Source: Chlamydiia bacterium (GTDB taxonomy: Bacteria > Chlamydiota > Chlamydiia > Chlamydiales > GCA-2402025). From it: a DNA stretch of 64,000 bases. The notes under the pieces were generated by a model. That model ran no database searches, had not been told where the DNA came from, and worked only from the letters and a program-made list of their open reading frames with translations. A program made the position numbers and the translations under genes. Below are positions 48,574 to 58,257 of the stretch, one piece after another; the first letter of the stretch is position 1; each line of letters starts with the position of its first letter. Where the stretch lies: assembly GCA_030427725.1 (NCBI GenBank), contig JAUICV010000001.1, positions 797,298 to 861,297 on the forward strand. The letters run 5' to 3'.

Positions 48574-50262
48574 CTATGAGATCTTTGATCCAGATAATAG
48601 CTCTTGATGATGTTTTTCTATTAGATCGTCTTCTAATTTTTTAAATAGAATTTCAGGAGCTAAAAGTTTTTGTAGTGGCAGCAACTCTGAATTTAATCCC
48701 TCAAATCCATAAGTTAATAAATCCTCTTTAAATCCAAGCATATTGAAAAGCTTCTCAGCTGTTTTTGGCATTACTGGGTAAGCCACTATACTTAAATGTC
48801 TAAGACAATCAAGAAGATGATAAATTGTTGTTTTCATCCTTGGAACTGATGAAAGCTCTTTTGCATCAACCCACGGTTTTTTATGGTCAAAATAAACGTT
48901 ACCTATTTGACACATCTCCATAAAAATTTGAACAGCTTTTCTCAAACGATATTGAGAGACAGCCTTTCTGTAATCTTCCGTAAGCTGTTTGATATCTTTT
49001 ATAAAATTTCGATCAACATCCTCTTCTTCAGATGGGGATGACACCGTTAAATCACAGTGCTTTTTAGAAAAAACAAAGGTTCTATTGACTAAGTTCCCGA
49101 ACTTACCCACCAGCTCTGTGTTACATTTTGTTTGAAACTCTTTCCAAGAAAACTCTGCATCTGATGTCTCTGGAGCATTTGCTGCTAAATAGTATCTAAT
49201 CTGATCTACATCGAAATCCTTTAAAAACTGGTGAATATCTATCGTCCACCCTGCAGATTTTGAAAATTGTTTACCTTCTAAGTTTAAAAACTCATTGGCA
49301 GGTATATCATCTACCAATTTATATGGAGTGTTTTGCCCCATACACATAGCTGGAAAGAAAATAGCATGGAATGGAATGTTATCTTTTCCTATAAAATTTA
49401 CAAGCCTTGTTTCCGGATCTAGCCAATACCTTTCCCAAGCTGTAGGATCCTTATTTAGTTTTGCCCACTCTTGAGTTGCAGAGATATAACCAATTGGAGC
49501 ATCAAACCAAACGTATAAAACCTTACCTTCTGTATTCTCTAAAGGTATTTTAACCCCCCAATCAGAATCTCTAGTTATTGCTCGTGGTTTTAGATCTTCT
49601 ATATAAGACTGAACAAAATTTACCACGTTTGGTTTCCAGTCTTTTTTTGATAACCAACTTGTTAGTTTCTCTTTAAAAAGATCAAAGCGCATAAACCAAT
49701 TTGTTGTCGGCTTTTTTACAAGATCTGAACCTGTAAGCTTTGACTTTGGAGAGATAAGATCTGTTGCTTCATATGATGCGCCACATACGATGCACTCATC
49801 TCCTCTTGCCTCTTTTGCCCCACATTTTGGACAAATCCCTTCAACATATCTATCAGCTAAAAATCTTTGGTCTTCTTCTGAAAAAAGCTGCTCTGTAACT
49901 TTTTCTTCAATATAACCATTTTCCAAAAGCTCAGAAAAAAAAGTTTGCGTAGGTTTTATATGACCTTCCCATGTTGTTCGTGAGTAATGATCAAAAGAAA
50001 AATTAAGTTTTTCGAAAAGTTCCTTATTCTCCTTATGAAACAAATCACTGTGCTCTTTAGGTGTTTTCTTTGCCTTCTCAGCACTTAGTGTTATCGCAAC
50101 TCCATATTCATCAGAACCTGATATATACAATACATCATGTTTCTCAAGCCTCATTGCCCTTGAGAAACAATCTGCTGGCAAGTAAGCCCCAGCTAAATGA
50201 CCAAAATGCAGCGTTCCATTTGAATATAGTAAAGCAGATGTAACTAAGTACTTTTTTTTCAA
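48574..50262 (-). CDS. metG: methionyl-tRNA synthetase
   Basis: 562 aa. HIGH-type HFGHLAG, zinc knuckles CPKCG...CIVCG, KMSKS-type KFSKS (GKQFSKSAG). TTG start. Confidence 0.95.
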   Translation of the reverse strand: MKKKYLVTSALLYSNGTLHFGHLAGAYLPADCFSRAMRLEKHDVLYISGSDEYGVAITLSAEKAKKTPKEHSDLFHKENKELFEKLNFSFDHYSRTTWEGHIKPTQTFFSELLENGYIEEKVTEQLFSEEDQRFLADRYVEGICPKCGAKEARGDECIVCGASYEATDLISPKSKLTGSDLVKKPTTNWFMRFDLFKEKLTSWLSKKDWKPNVVNFVQSYIEDLKPRAITRDSDWGVKIPLENTEGKVLYVWFDAPIGYISATQEWAKLNKDPTAWERYWLDPETRLVNFIGKDNIPFHAIFFPAMCMGQNTPYKLVDDIPANEFLNLEGKQFSKSAGWTIDIHQFLKDFDVDQIRYYLAANAPETSDAEFSWKEFQTKCNTELVGKFGNLVNRTFVFSKKHCDLTVSSPSEEEDVDRNFIKDIKQLTEDYRKAVSQYRLRKAVQIFMEMCQIGNVYFDHKKPWVDAKELSSVPRMKTTIYHLLDCLRHLSIVAYPVMPKTAEKLFNMLGFKEDLLTYGFEGLNSELLPLQKLLAPEILFKKLEDDLIEKHHQELLSGSKIS

Positions 50263-50271
50263 GTCGTATAC

Positions 50272-50493
50272 CTATTGATTAGTTTGGTCAGTATTGGTTT
50301 TATCTAAAACATGATCTTCGAAGCTATGTAGGTTTGAATTTTTTTTAACTTCCTTCAAAACTGATTGCATTGAAGTTTCTTGTCCCGCTTTAACGTGGTT
50401 TCTAGCCATAGATATACTGTGCAAAGCTAGCTGAAAGTTGTCAGTAAACAACTTTGTTAATTCTTCATTTGTTAGTTCTTCATTTTGTTTCAT
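50272..50493 (-). CDS. small conserved-position ORF, possible RNA polymerase omega subunit
   Basis: 73 aa, immediately downstream of gmk (the usual gmk-rpoZ position). FQLALHSISMARNHVKAG loosely resembles the omega core (.R..L...AA.RAR.L). The assignment is weak. Confidence 0.35.
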   Translation of the reverse strand: MKQNEELTNEELTKLFTDNFQLALHSISMARNHVKAGQETSMQSVLKEVKKNSNLHSFEDHVLDKTNTDQTNQ

Positions 50494-50502
50494 CTCGTCT
50501 CC

Positions 50503-51099
50503 TTAAAGATAATTACAAAATTTTCTTTCTGTTTTCTTTATATAATTTTTTAATTCCTCGTAGGCAAGCTGCAGATCATCATTTGTCAAGATGAAATCAA
50601 ATTCTTTAGCTTTTTCAATCTCATTTTGTGCCCACGAAAGCCTTTCTTTAATGTCTTGCATAGATTCACTCTCTCTATGCTTTAATCTATTTTCTAACTC
50701 ATTAATGCTTGGTGGAATAACAAAGATAGAAACAACATCTAACTTAGATTTAACAGCCTGCGCCCCTTGTGTATCAATAACCAAAAACACATGCTTACCC
50801 TTTTCAAGCTCACTTTCAACAGAGCTTTTCAAAGTACCGTAGTAATTCGAAAACACCTTAGCGTACTCTAAAAATTCACCCTTAGATTTTTTACTCTCAA
50901 ATTCTTCTTTTGAGAGAAATTCATAATCTTTTCCAGGAATCTCATAATCTCTTGGTTTCCTGGTAGTAGAACTCAGGCTTTTACAAACATCTTTAGGAAA
51001 TTCACTTAAAAGCATCTCAACAAGTGTCGTCTTCCCCGCTCCCGCTGGAGCGCTAACAACAAAAGCAAGTCCCCTTTTAACCTTTCCTAAAAGCCCCAT
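50503..51099 (-). CDS. gmk: guanylate kinase
   Basis: 198 aa. P-loop SAPAGAGKTTL, TTRKPR and EYAKVFSNYYGT. Confidence 0.92.
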   Translation of the reverse strand: MGLLGKVKRGLAFVVSAPAGAGKTTLVEMLLSEFPKDVCKSLSSTTRKPRDYEIPGKDYEFLSKEEFESKKSKGEFLEYAKVFSNYYGTLKSSVESELEKGKHVFLVIDTQGAQAVKSKLDVVSIFVIPPSINELENRLKHRESESMQDIKERLSWAQNEIEKAKEFDFILTNDDLQLAYEELKNYIKKTERKFCNYL

Positions 51100-51102
51100 T
51101 TT

Positions 51103-51984
51103 TTACTCAATATTTTGAATTTGCTCTCGGATTTTCTCAATTCCACTTTTTAAACCTAAAGCCAGCGTTTTGACTTCGGTTAAAGAAGTTTTTGCCAAGA
51201 TTGTATTCGACTCTCGGTTCATTTCAAGAACGATAAAATCAAGCTCTTTACCTATACTCATTTTATCTTTTTTAAGAGTTTCATAAAATTGCTTAAAATG
51301 TGAATCTAATCTAGCCAGCTCTTCTGAAACATCCACTTTATCTGCAAAAATAACAACTTCTCTTGCTATTCTATCATCCATATCATCGAAATGATGTCTC
51401 ATTTTTTCTAATTTTTGCTCAAGTCTTTGTTCGTAAGTTTTTGATTCTGATTGAACTATTGGCTTTATCTCTTTAGCTAACCTTTCCAAGTTTTCCATGT
51501 GAGATAGTATATCTAATTCCAACTCTTTTCCTTCAGAATGTTTCATGGCTAAAAAATGATCACTAGCCACAGTGAACGCACTTTTAAGTTCTTCTAAATT
51601 CTCTGCAATAGTGTCTTCTTTAGAACGGGGTAATTTTTCAATTTGGGTTATAAGAAATGGTAGAGAAATATCTCTCGGATCAAGATCTATACAATTTGCA
51701 ATCTCTTCCCACTTGCTTTTGAAACGTTTTAACTCTTCTACCTTTGGTAAACAAGCCTCTAAATCAACAGATGATAAATCTTTCATCAATTTAACTGTGA
51801 CTTGACCTCTGGAGACTATATTTTTCACCCATTTTCTAATCTCAGTATCTAAAAAAAGCATTTCTTTAGGAAGAAATATAGACAAATCCAATCCTTTTCT
51901 ATTCAAAGAATGAATCTCAAAAGTGAATTTTTGCTTTTGAAATGAAAAGCTGTGTCGACCATAAGCGGTCATACTTTTTGTCAT
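51103..51984 (-). CDS. YicC-family stress-induced protein
   Basis: 293 aa. N-terminus MTAYGR...; C-terminal DUF1732 block GKELDFIVLEMNRESNTILAKT. Confidence 0.85.
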   Translation of the reverse strand: MTKSMTAYGRHSFSFQKQKFTFEIHSLNRKGLDLSIFLPKEMLFLDTEIRKWVKNIVSRGQVTVKLMKDLSSVDLEACLPKVEELKRFKSKWEEIANCIDLDPRDISLPFLITQIEKLPRSKEDTIAENLEELKSAFTVASDHFLAMKHSEGKELELDILSHMENLERLAKEIKPIVQSESKTYEQRLEQKLEKMRHHFDDMDDRIAREVVIFADKVDVSEELARLDSHFKQFYETLKKDKMSIGKELDFIVLEMNRESNTILAKTSLTEVKTLALGLKSGIEKIREQIQNIE

Positions 51985-51996
51985 GATAAACCTATT

Positions 51997-52647
51997 TTAG
52001 AAAAGCTGTTCTTGCACCTGTAGCGAAGATTTAATGGGCTCAAATGTCTTCCGGTGGATAGGACAAATTTTATGTTCTTTTATTGCTAAAAGGTGTTTTT
52101 TTGTTCCATATCCCATATTTGTTTCAAAGCCAAACATCGGCCACTGTTTATGGTAATTTCTCATAAGATCATCCCTAGTTTCTTTTGCTACAATAGATGC
52201 CGCTGCTATACTAACGGATCGACTATCGCCTTTCACAATAGTTTGCCCAGGAAGGTTCGTTGGTGGATATTGATTTCCATCCACTAGAAGATAATGAGGT
52301 TCTATATCTAAATCCTTTACAGCCTCAACCATAGCTAACATAGTGGCTTTTAATATGTTTAACTGATCGATTACTGCAGCATCTATAATTGAAACACCAA
52401 CTTTGACATCGGGATGATTGATAATCTTTGTGTAAAGCTGATGCCTAACTTCAGGTTTTAAAACCTTACTATCGTTAATACCATCAATTTCTACATCAAA
52501 TGGAAAAAAGCAGGCTGCTGCTACGACAGGTCCGGCTAAAGGTCCCCTTCCTGCCTCATCTATTCCGACTATATTCTTATAGCCTAAGTAGCTTGCCTGC
52601 TTCTCAAAAGTTCTAAGGTCATTCGATAAATCAAATCCTAAGTCCAT
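51997..52647 (-). CDS. rnhB: ribonuclease HII
   Basis: 216 aa. GIDEAGRGPLAGPVV, DSK, and SIAAASIVAK blocks. Confidence 0.92.
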   Translation of the reverse strand: MDLGFDLSNDLRTFEKQASYLGYKNIVGIDEAGRGPLAGPVVAAACFFPFDVEIDGINDSKVLKPEVRHQLYTKIINHPDVKVGVSIIDAAVIDQLNILKATMLAMVEAVKDLDIEPHYLLVDGNQYPPTNLPGQTIVKGDSRSVSIAAASIVAKETRDDLMRNYHKQWPMFGFETNMGYGTKKHLLAIKEHKICPIHRKTFEPIKSSLQVQEQLF

Positions 52648-52697
52648 TGACTTCCTTGTTAAATTTTCGCTTTTAAAGGAAAAGTTGTACTTATGGC

Positions 52698-53156
52698 TTA
52701 AGAATTATTGTCTTGAGTATCCTTACCTTCTTGAGTCTCTTTTGGCTCTTGGGACTGAGGTGCTTGCTTAGTTTCTACAACAGCGGCTTTCTTTGTTTTC
52801 TTTGCACCTAACAGTTCTTTAACCTTAGCTTTCTTACCAAAAGCTCCACGAATGTGATTTAGCTTAGCTTTTTTAACTTTACCTTTTCTCATCACTTCGA
52901 TTTTCACAAGTCTTGGGCTATGCAGCGGATATACTCTATCCATCGCAGCTCCATAGGCAATTCTGTAAAGAGTGAATGTTTCAGAAAGACCATATCCTTT
53001 TCTAGCAACAACTGTTCCTGTTATAGCCTGGACTCTTTCTTTACTTCCTTCAATGATTTTAGAATGAACTTTCAGAGTATCTCCCACTCTAAATTCTGGA
53101 ATATGGCTCTGTAGTTGTTCACTCTCGATCTGTTCAATGAGTGCGTTCTGGCTCAT
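52698..53156 (-). CDS. rplS: 50S ribosomal protein L19 with Lys/Glu/Gln-rich C-terminal extension
   Basis: 152 aa. FRVGDTLKVHSKIIEGSKERVQAITGTVVARKG and HSPRLVKIEV. About 35 extra C-terminal residues. Confidence 0.93.
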   Translation of the reverse strand: MSQNALIEQIESEQLQSHIPEFRVGDTLKVHSKIIEGSKERVQAITGTVVARKGYGLSETFTLYRIAYGAAMDRVYPLHSPRLVKIEVMRKGKVKKAKLNHIRGAFGKKAKVKELLGAKKTKKAAVVETKQAPQSQEPKETQEGKDTQDNNS

Positions 53157-53177
53157 TTATTTACTCCTTTACTTATC

Positions 53178-53855
53178 TTAACTTTTTGATTTTAAAAGCT
53201 CGGGCCTAACCTTTTCAGTTTTTTCTCTAGCCACGTTCTGCCGCCAACTTTCTATCTTTCCATGATGCCCAGATAGTAAAACTTCTGGCACCTCTAATTC
53301 TTCTACCACTAATGGTTTTGTGTAGTGTGGGTGATCAAAAACACCTTGCTCATAAGAGTCCATCTTATTTGCATCTGGGTGTCCAATCACTCCGGGGACA
53401 AATCTCGCTACCGAGTCAACTAAGACTATGGCTGCGGGAGCCCCACTTGTCAATACATAGTCACCAATGCTGATCTCTTCGTCTACTTCCTTCGTAATGA
53501 CTCTTTCATCAACCCCTTCATAATGACCACAAAGAACAACAAGCTGCTTCTTTTCAGATAACTCTCTACATTTCTTAGCAGTCAGAGGATTTCCCTGAGG
53601 AGAAAGGTACACTACGTGTGCTCCTTCTTGCTTGACATGTCTTATTGCATCTAAGACAGGCGGGGCCATGAGCACCATCCCAGGTCCACCACCATAAGGC
53701 CTATCATCTACAGTTTTATGTTTATCTGTTGCAAATTGCCTTATATCAACAAGCTCTATTTCAACTAACTTTTTATCTCTAGCCCTTTTTATCATGCTGA
53801 CGTTGAAAGGGCTTTCGAAATACTTTGGAAACAACGACAAAATGGAAAATTTCAT
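53178..53855 (-). CDS. trmD: tRNA (guanine37-N1)-methyltransferase
   Basis: 225 aa. DDRPYGGGPGMVL and GHYEGVDERV blocks. Confidence 0.93.
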   Translation of the reverse strand: MKFSILSLFPKYFESPFNVSMIKRARDKKLVEIELVDIRQFATDKHKTVDDRPYGGGPGMVLMAPPVLDAIRHVKQEGAHVVYLSPQGNPLTAKKCRELSEKKQLVVLCGHYEGVDERVITKEVDEEISIGDYVLTSGAPAAIVLVDSVARFVPGVIGHPDANKMDSYEQGVFDHPHYTKPLVVEELEVPEVLLSGHHGKIESWRQNVAREKTEKVRPELLKSKS

Positions 53856-53880
53856 TTGTTAGTTTCCCAAAGTTCCTAAA

Positions 53881-54207
53881 TTATTTTGCAGCTTTATTTT
53901 TTTTTCTTTGCTGGCATTTTTTTGCTCTAGCTAAAGCTTTTTTTTGCTTAAACTCTTTGATGACTTCTGGAGCTTTTTGAGCTACAAGAGATTGAGCTTT
54001 TTCTGTCAACTGAGCACCTTTGTCAAGCCAGTAAGCGATTCTTTCAGATTTAACGTCGACAACTTCACCTGTTGTTTCACATGGCTGATACCAACCCACC
54101 ATTTCAACATATTTCCCATCTCTCGGTGATTTAGAATCAGATACGACAAGTCTGTACGCTAAACGATTTTTTCTACCCTGTTGTCTCAATCGGATTTTTA
54201 ATACCAT
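53881..54207 (-). CDS. rpsP: 30S ribosomal protein S16
   Basis: 108 aa. MVLKIRLRQQGRKNRLAYRLVV, with a basic C-terminal tail. Confidence 0.93.
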   Translation of the reverse strand: MVLKIRLRQQGRKNRLAYRLVVSDSKSPRDGKYVEMVGWYQPCETTGEVVDVKSERIAYWLDKGAQLTEKAQSLVAQKAPEVIKEFKQKKALARAKKCQQRKKNKAAK

Positions 54208-54307
54208 GATATATTATCTCCCATAAGGTTTTTCCAGCGAATTTTAATACAAAGGGGTTAAAAATTCGACAAAATTAATTTCATATCTTCATTTTTTTCT
54301 AAAAAGA

Positions 54308-55648
54308 CTACTTTTTTGAATCAAACTGCTTCATAAAATTTGGATCTTTCAAAAATTTCTTTTTCATCTTTGGCATTTGCTTCATCATTTGCTTCAGCCT
54401 TTTGAAGCCTTTAACCATTTTATTGACATCATCGATCGAACAACCACTCCCCCTAGCTATCCTTCTTCTTCTCGGCGGAAGCAGTTCATCAAGGCCTAAA
54501 CGCTCACGTTTAGTCATCGCAAGAATCATCGCTTCTAACCTACTAAATTCTTTATCAGAAAAATCTAATTGATCAAGAGAAGGAAGACCTGGAATCATCT
54601 TTAAAAGCCCTTTAAAAGAGCCCATTTTTTTAATTTTAGACATCTGCTTAAGATAATCATCATAGGTAAATGACGCCTTAAGCATTTTTTGCTCCATTTC
54701 TAGAGATTCTTTCTCATCAATATGCTTTTGAGCTTTTTTAACTAGATTAATAACATCGCCCATTCCCAAGATACGGTCAGCCATCGAGTGAGGATTGAAT
54801 ACCTGGAAATCTTGAACCCTTTCTCCAATACCTTCAAATTTTAGGGGTTTTTTCGTAACCTCTTTAATAGAAATCGCCGCACCAGCTCTAGCGTTACCAT
54901 CTAGCATTGTTAAAATACTTCCGGTTATGCCTATTTTTTGATCAAATTCAGCTGCTGTTTTTACAGCATCTTGACCCGTTGTTGCACTTGCTACAAACAA
55001 AACTTCATGAGGCTCTGTTACATCTTTAATCTTTTTTAACTCTTTCATTAGCTCGTCATCGATATGCAAACGCCCCGCAGTATCGACAATGACAACATCA
55101 AAACCTTCTTTTTTAGCCTTTTTCATCGCTTCTTTAGCAACTTTTACTGGATTTTTCTCTCCTTCAACAGAAAAAACCTCTACATTAATCTGTTGTCCTA
55201 AAGTTTTTAGCTGAAGAGCTGCCGCAGGTCTTTGTAAATCACAAGCTACAAGCAGAGGTTTTTTTTCTTTCTCTAATGAGAGCATAGACGCTAATTTTGC
55301 AGCCTGAGTTGTTTTACCATTCCCCTGAAGACCACATAACAGAATAACCGATGGGTAAGACGACAAATGAAGGCTCGATTCTTCCGAACCCATCAATTCA
55401 ACAAGTTCTTTATGAACAATTGAAATAAACTGATCTCCAGGCGAGACCGACTTTAACACCTCTTCACCTAGGATTTTTTCTTTCACTTTCTTTATAAAAC
55501 TTGAAGCTACAGAAAAGTTTACATCGGCATCTAAGAGCGCTAATCTAACTTCTTTAACTGCTTTAGAAATATTATCTTCATCGAATGTCTTCACGCTCTT
55601 TAAACGTGAAAAAAGATCTTGAAATTTTTCAGTTAACTGCCCAAACAT
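54308..55648 (-). CDS. ffh: signal recognition particle protein Ffh
   Basis: 446 aa. G domain (GLQGNGKTTQAAKLA, DTAGRL) and a Met-rich M domain (MKQMPKMKKK). Confidence 0.95.
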   Translation of the reverse strand: MFGQLTEKFQDLFSRLKSVKTFDEDNISKAVKEVRLALLDADVNFSVASSFIKKVKEKILGEEVLKSVSPGDQFISIVHKELVELMGSEESSLHLSSYPSVILLCGLQGNGKTTQAAKLASMLSLEKEKKPLLVACDLQRPAAALQLKTLGQQINVEVFSVEGEKNPVKVAKEAMKKAKKEGFDVVIVDTAGRLHIDDELMKELKKIKDVTEPHEVLFVASATTGQDAVKTAAEFDQKIGITGSILTMLDGNARAGAAISIKEVTKKPLKFEGIGERVQDFQVFNPHSMADRILGMGDVINLVKKAQKHIDEKESLEMEQKMLKASFTYDDYLKQMSKIKKMGSFKGLLKMIPGLPSLDQLDFSDKEFSRLEAMILAMTKRERLGLDELLPPRRRRIARGSGCSIDDVNKMVKGFKRLKQMMKQMPKMKKKFLKDPNFMKQFDSKK

Positions 55649-55703
55649 GATTAAAAAGGCCCCTTATCGACTCATTTTCAAGCAACTAGGTTAGTCGATC
55701 AAA

Positions 55704-56528
55704 TTATTCAATTTCAAGGAAAAAGAACCGATCTAATCCTGAGAGATCGGTTTTAAACTCTAAATTAGAAAATGGATGCTTTAAAAAAATTTTTTCCAAC
55801 GGTCTTTTTTGCTTATAACCAATCTCGAAGGCTACAAAAGTCTTTGAATGACAAACCTCTGGCAACATTTCAGCCATTCGTTTGTATAGAGCCAACCCAT
55901 TATCTTCTGCTACTAAGGCAATAGCTGGCTCAAAATTCTTTACACTCGACTCTACTTCATCGTATTCGTCTATTGAGATATAAGGAGGATTACAAACAAT
56001 TAAATCTGCCTTTTTTCCAACAAGAGGCTTTAAAAGATCTCCCTGACAAAAAGTTACATCTAAGTCGTTGATTTTAGCGTTTTCTTTAGCAACAGCTAAT
56101 GCTTTTTCAGAGATATCAGACAGTGACACATTAGCCTTAGGAAAGTTTTTTTTTAAAGAAAGACCCATGGCGCCAGAACCACAACATATGTCAAAAATAT
56201 TGTTTATTTCTCTCCCTTGACATTTTTGAATGATCTCGTGCATCAAAAGCTCTGTTTCTTGCCTTGGGATTAAAACATCTCGATTAACTTTAAGTTTGAG
56301 CCCATAAAAGTCCTTAACCCCAAGAATATAATCTAGCGGCTCACCACTTTTCAACCTTGCCAATAAAGGCAGAAGCCTATCTTTACAAGAAAGCAATTCA
56401 TTCGCCGAAAACGTTTGCAAAAAAGGATCGGGATTAGTTGAGACATATTTTAGCAAAGTAGCAAAATCCCTCTTAGCAACACCAAAGCTGGAATTTATAT
56501 CCCGAAAAAAATGTTCGTAGGGAGTCAT
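55704..56528 (-). CDS. prmC: release factor glutamine N5-methyltransferase PrmC (HemK)
   Basis: 274 aa. SAM motif DICCGSGAMG and NPPY (VCNPPYI). Directly downstream of prfA. Confidence 0.88.
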   Translation of the reverse strand: MTPYEHFFRDINSSFGVAKRDFATLLKYVSTNPDPFLQTFSANELLSCKDRLLPLLARLKSGEPLDYILGVKDFYGLKLKVNRDVLIPRQETELLMHEIIQKCQGREINNIFDICCGSGAMGLSLKKNFPKANVSLSDISEKALAVAKENAKINDLDVTFCQGDLLKPLVGKKADLIVCNPPYISIDEYDEVESSVKNFEPAIALVAEDNGLALYKRMAEMLPEVCHSKTFVAFEIGYKQKRPLEKIFLKHPFSNLEFKTDLSGLDRFFFLEIE

Positions 56529-56530
56529 AG

Positions 56531-57595
56531 CTAGTTTGAAAGTTTTTGATGATGAAAGAAAGCAACAAGACCTTCAACAATTTCATCTAGAGAGCCTTCC
56601 ATGACCTGATCTAGTTTATAAAGCGTTAAGTCTATCCTATGATCTGTCACTCTATTTTGAGGAAAGTTATACGTTCTAATTCTTTCAGATCTGTCACCAG
56701 ACCCAACCTGAGAAGATCTTAAAGAAGATCTTTCCTTTTCCTCTTTTCGTCGCTTTTCTTCAACTATTTTTGCCTGTAAAAGACGAAGTGCTTTATCTCT
56801 ATTTTTATGCTGGGACCTTTCTTCTTGGCAGTATGCGACAGTTCCTGAAGGAATATGCGTAATCCTAACCGCGGAATCTGTTGTATTGACATGTTGCCCA
56901 CCAGCACCTGATGCTCTATAGGTATCAATTCTAAGATCTTTTTCGTCTAAAGTAATCTGCTCTTCCTCTGATGGCTCCAAAAGAACAGCAACGGTAATAG
57001 CAGATGTATGCACACGCCCTTGAGTTTCAGTTACCGGAACTCTCTGCACTCTGTGAGTCCCAGCTTCATATTGCATAAGCCTGTGGACGTTTGTTCCAGA
57101 AAGAACCATAATATATTCTTTATATCCACCTGACTCCGACTCGGAGCAGGAAAGTAGCTCAATAGACCATTTGTGCGCATCTGCAAAGAGCTTGTACATC
57201 CTAACACAGTCTCCCACGAAAATAGCAGCTTCATCACCACCGGTCCCGGCTCTGAGCTCCATAATGATATTTCTACTATCATTCGGATCTGGGGGTACAA
57301 GTAGCGTTTCTACTTTTTTTTCTAAGACTGGAATATTCTGAGTTAAAGAGCCTATCTCTTCTTTTAGAAATGCAATTAATTCCGAATCCGATTCTGAAGC
57401 TAAAAGTTCTCTGTTTTCTTCAAGTTCAGTGCGCGCTTTTGAAAGCTCTTCATACGCATCTTTTAGGCTGGAAAGATACGAATGTTCAGCAGCCAATTCT
57501 TTGTACTTTGACTGATCAGACAAGGTTTCAGGATCTGCGAGCTTCTTCTCAACTTCTTCAAATCTAGCAAGAAGCCCTTCGATTTTTTTTTGCAT
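56531..57595 (-). CDS. prfA: peptide chain release factor 1
   Basis: 354 aa. GGQ motif (SGAGGQHVN), an RF1-type PxT tripeptide region ([10 protein letters not shown]), uninterrupted frame. Confidence 0.95.
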   Translation of the reverse strand: MQKKIEGLLARFEEVEKKLADPETLSDQSKYKELAAEHSYLSSLKDAYEELSKARTELEENRELLASESDSELIAFLKEEIGSLTQNIPVLEKKVETLLVPPDPNDSRNIIMELRAGTGGDEAAIFVGDCVRMYKLFADAHKWSIELLSCSESESGGYKEYIMVLSGTNVHRLMQYEAGTHRVQRVPVTETQGRVHTSAITVAVLLEPSEEEQITLDEKDLRIDTYRASGAGGQHVNTTDSAVRITHIPSGTVAYCQEERSQHKNRDKALRLLQAKIVEEKRRKEEKERSSLRSSQVGSGDRSERIRTYNFPQNRVTDHRIDLTLYKLDQVMEGSLDEIVEGLVAFFHHQKLSN

Positions 57596-57616
57596 AAATG
57601 GTCACGAAAAAAGGGA

Positions 57617-58057
57617 TTATTCAGCAGAATCTGTTTTCTTTTTTGTTGGAGCTTTTTTTGCTGGAGCTTTTTTAGGAGCCTTTTTCTCAGCAGTATCCTT
57701 TTTTTCGGAAGCTTTTTTAGTTGTTGCCACTTTCTTTGCAGCAGGCTTTTTCTTCGCTTCTTTTTCTTTCTCTTTCTTCTCTTTTTCAGCTTCTGCTAGT
57801 TTTTCAACTTGCTTCTTCTTGTTGTCGTATCTCTTTTTAAACTTATCGACACGGCCTTCTGTATCCAAGAACTGCTGACTTCCTGTGAAAAAAGGATGGG
57901 ATTTAGATGAAATAGGCACTTTATATGCTGGGTATTCCTTGCCCTCAAAGACTTCTGTTTCAGTAGGCTTTAACGTACTACCACAAATAAACCTATGTCC
58001 TGTAGCTGTATCAATAAAAAGTACTTCTTGATAATCTGGATGACCTTTCTTTTTCAT
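57617..58057 (-). CDS. rpmE: 50S ribosomal protein L31 (type B, no CxxC) with Lys/Ala/Pro-rich histone-H1-like C-terminal tail
   Basis: 146 aa. [23 protein letters not shown]...[25 protein letters not shown] is followed by about 65 aa of [18 protein letters not shown]...[15 protein letters not shown]. Confidence 0.85.
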   Translation of the reverse strand: MKKKGHPDYQEVLFIDTATGHRFICGSTLKPTETEVFEGKEYPAYKVPISSKSHPFFTGSQQFLDTEGRVDKFKKRYDNKKKQVEKLAEAEKEKKEKEKEAKKKPAAKKVATTKKASEKKDTAEKKAPKKAPAKKAPTKKKTDSAE

Positions 58058-58257
58058 TTTTCTTCACCTTAAAACTTTAATGGGCTTACACCAATATAAT
58101 ATTCAAGCGACTAGGGTATCTTAAAAAACCTGTTTAGAACAAGTCTTTTCTTTATGGAGACAGCTTTAAAATATCTTATAAATCCTAGGTTTGCTAACAA
58201 TAAGCCAATTTGAGATACTACCTGTTTAAAACTTTAGAAAATTTTAGAAAGAGAATT

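Noticed and set aside
56531-57595. Programmed frameshift in the release-factor gene
   Set aside because: The gene is RF1 (PxT-type, single uninterrupted frame). The +1 frameshift is a feature of RF2 (prfB), which is not in this window.
57590-57799. 69-aa Phe/Leu/Ser/Cys-rich ORF on the plus strand
   Set aside because: It is the mirror image of the Lys/Ala/Glu-rich tail of L31 (AAG/AAA/GAA read antisense give CTT/TTT/TTC). It is a composition artefact.
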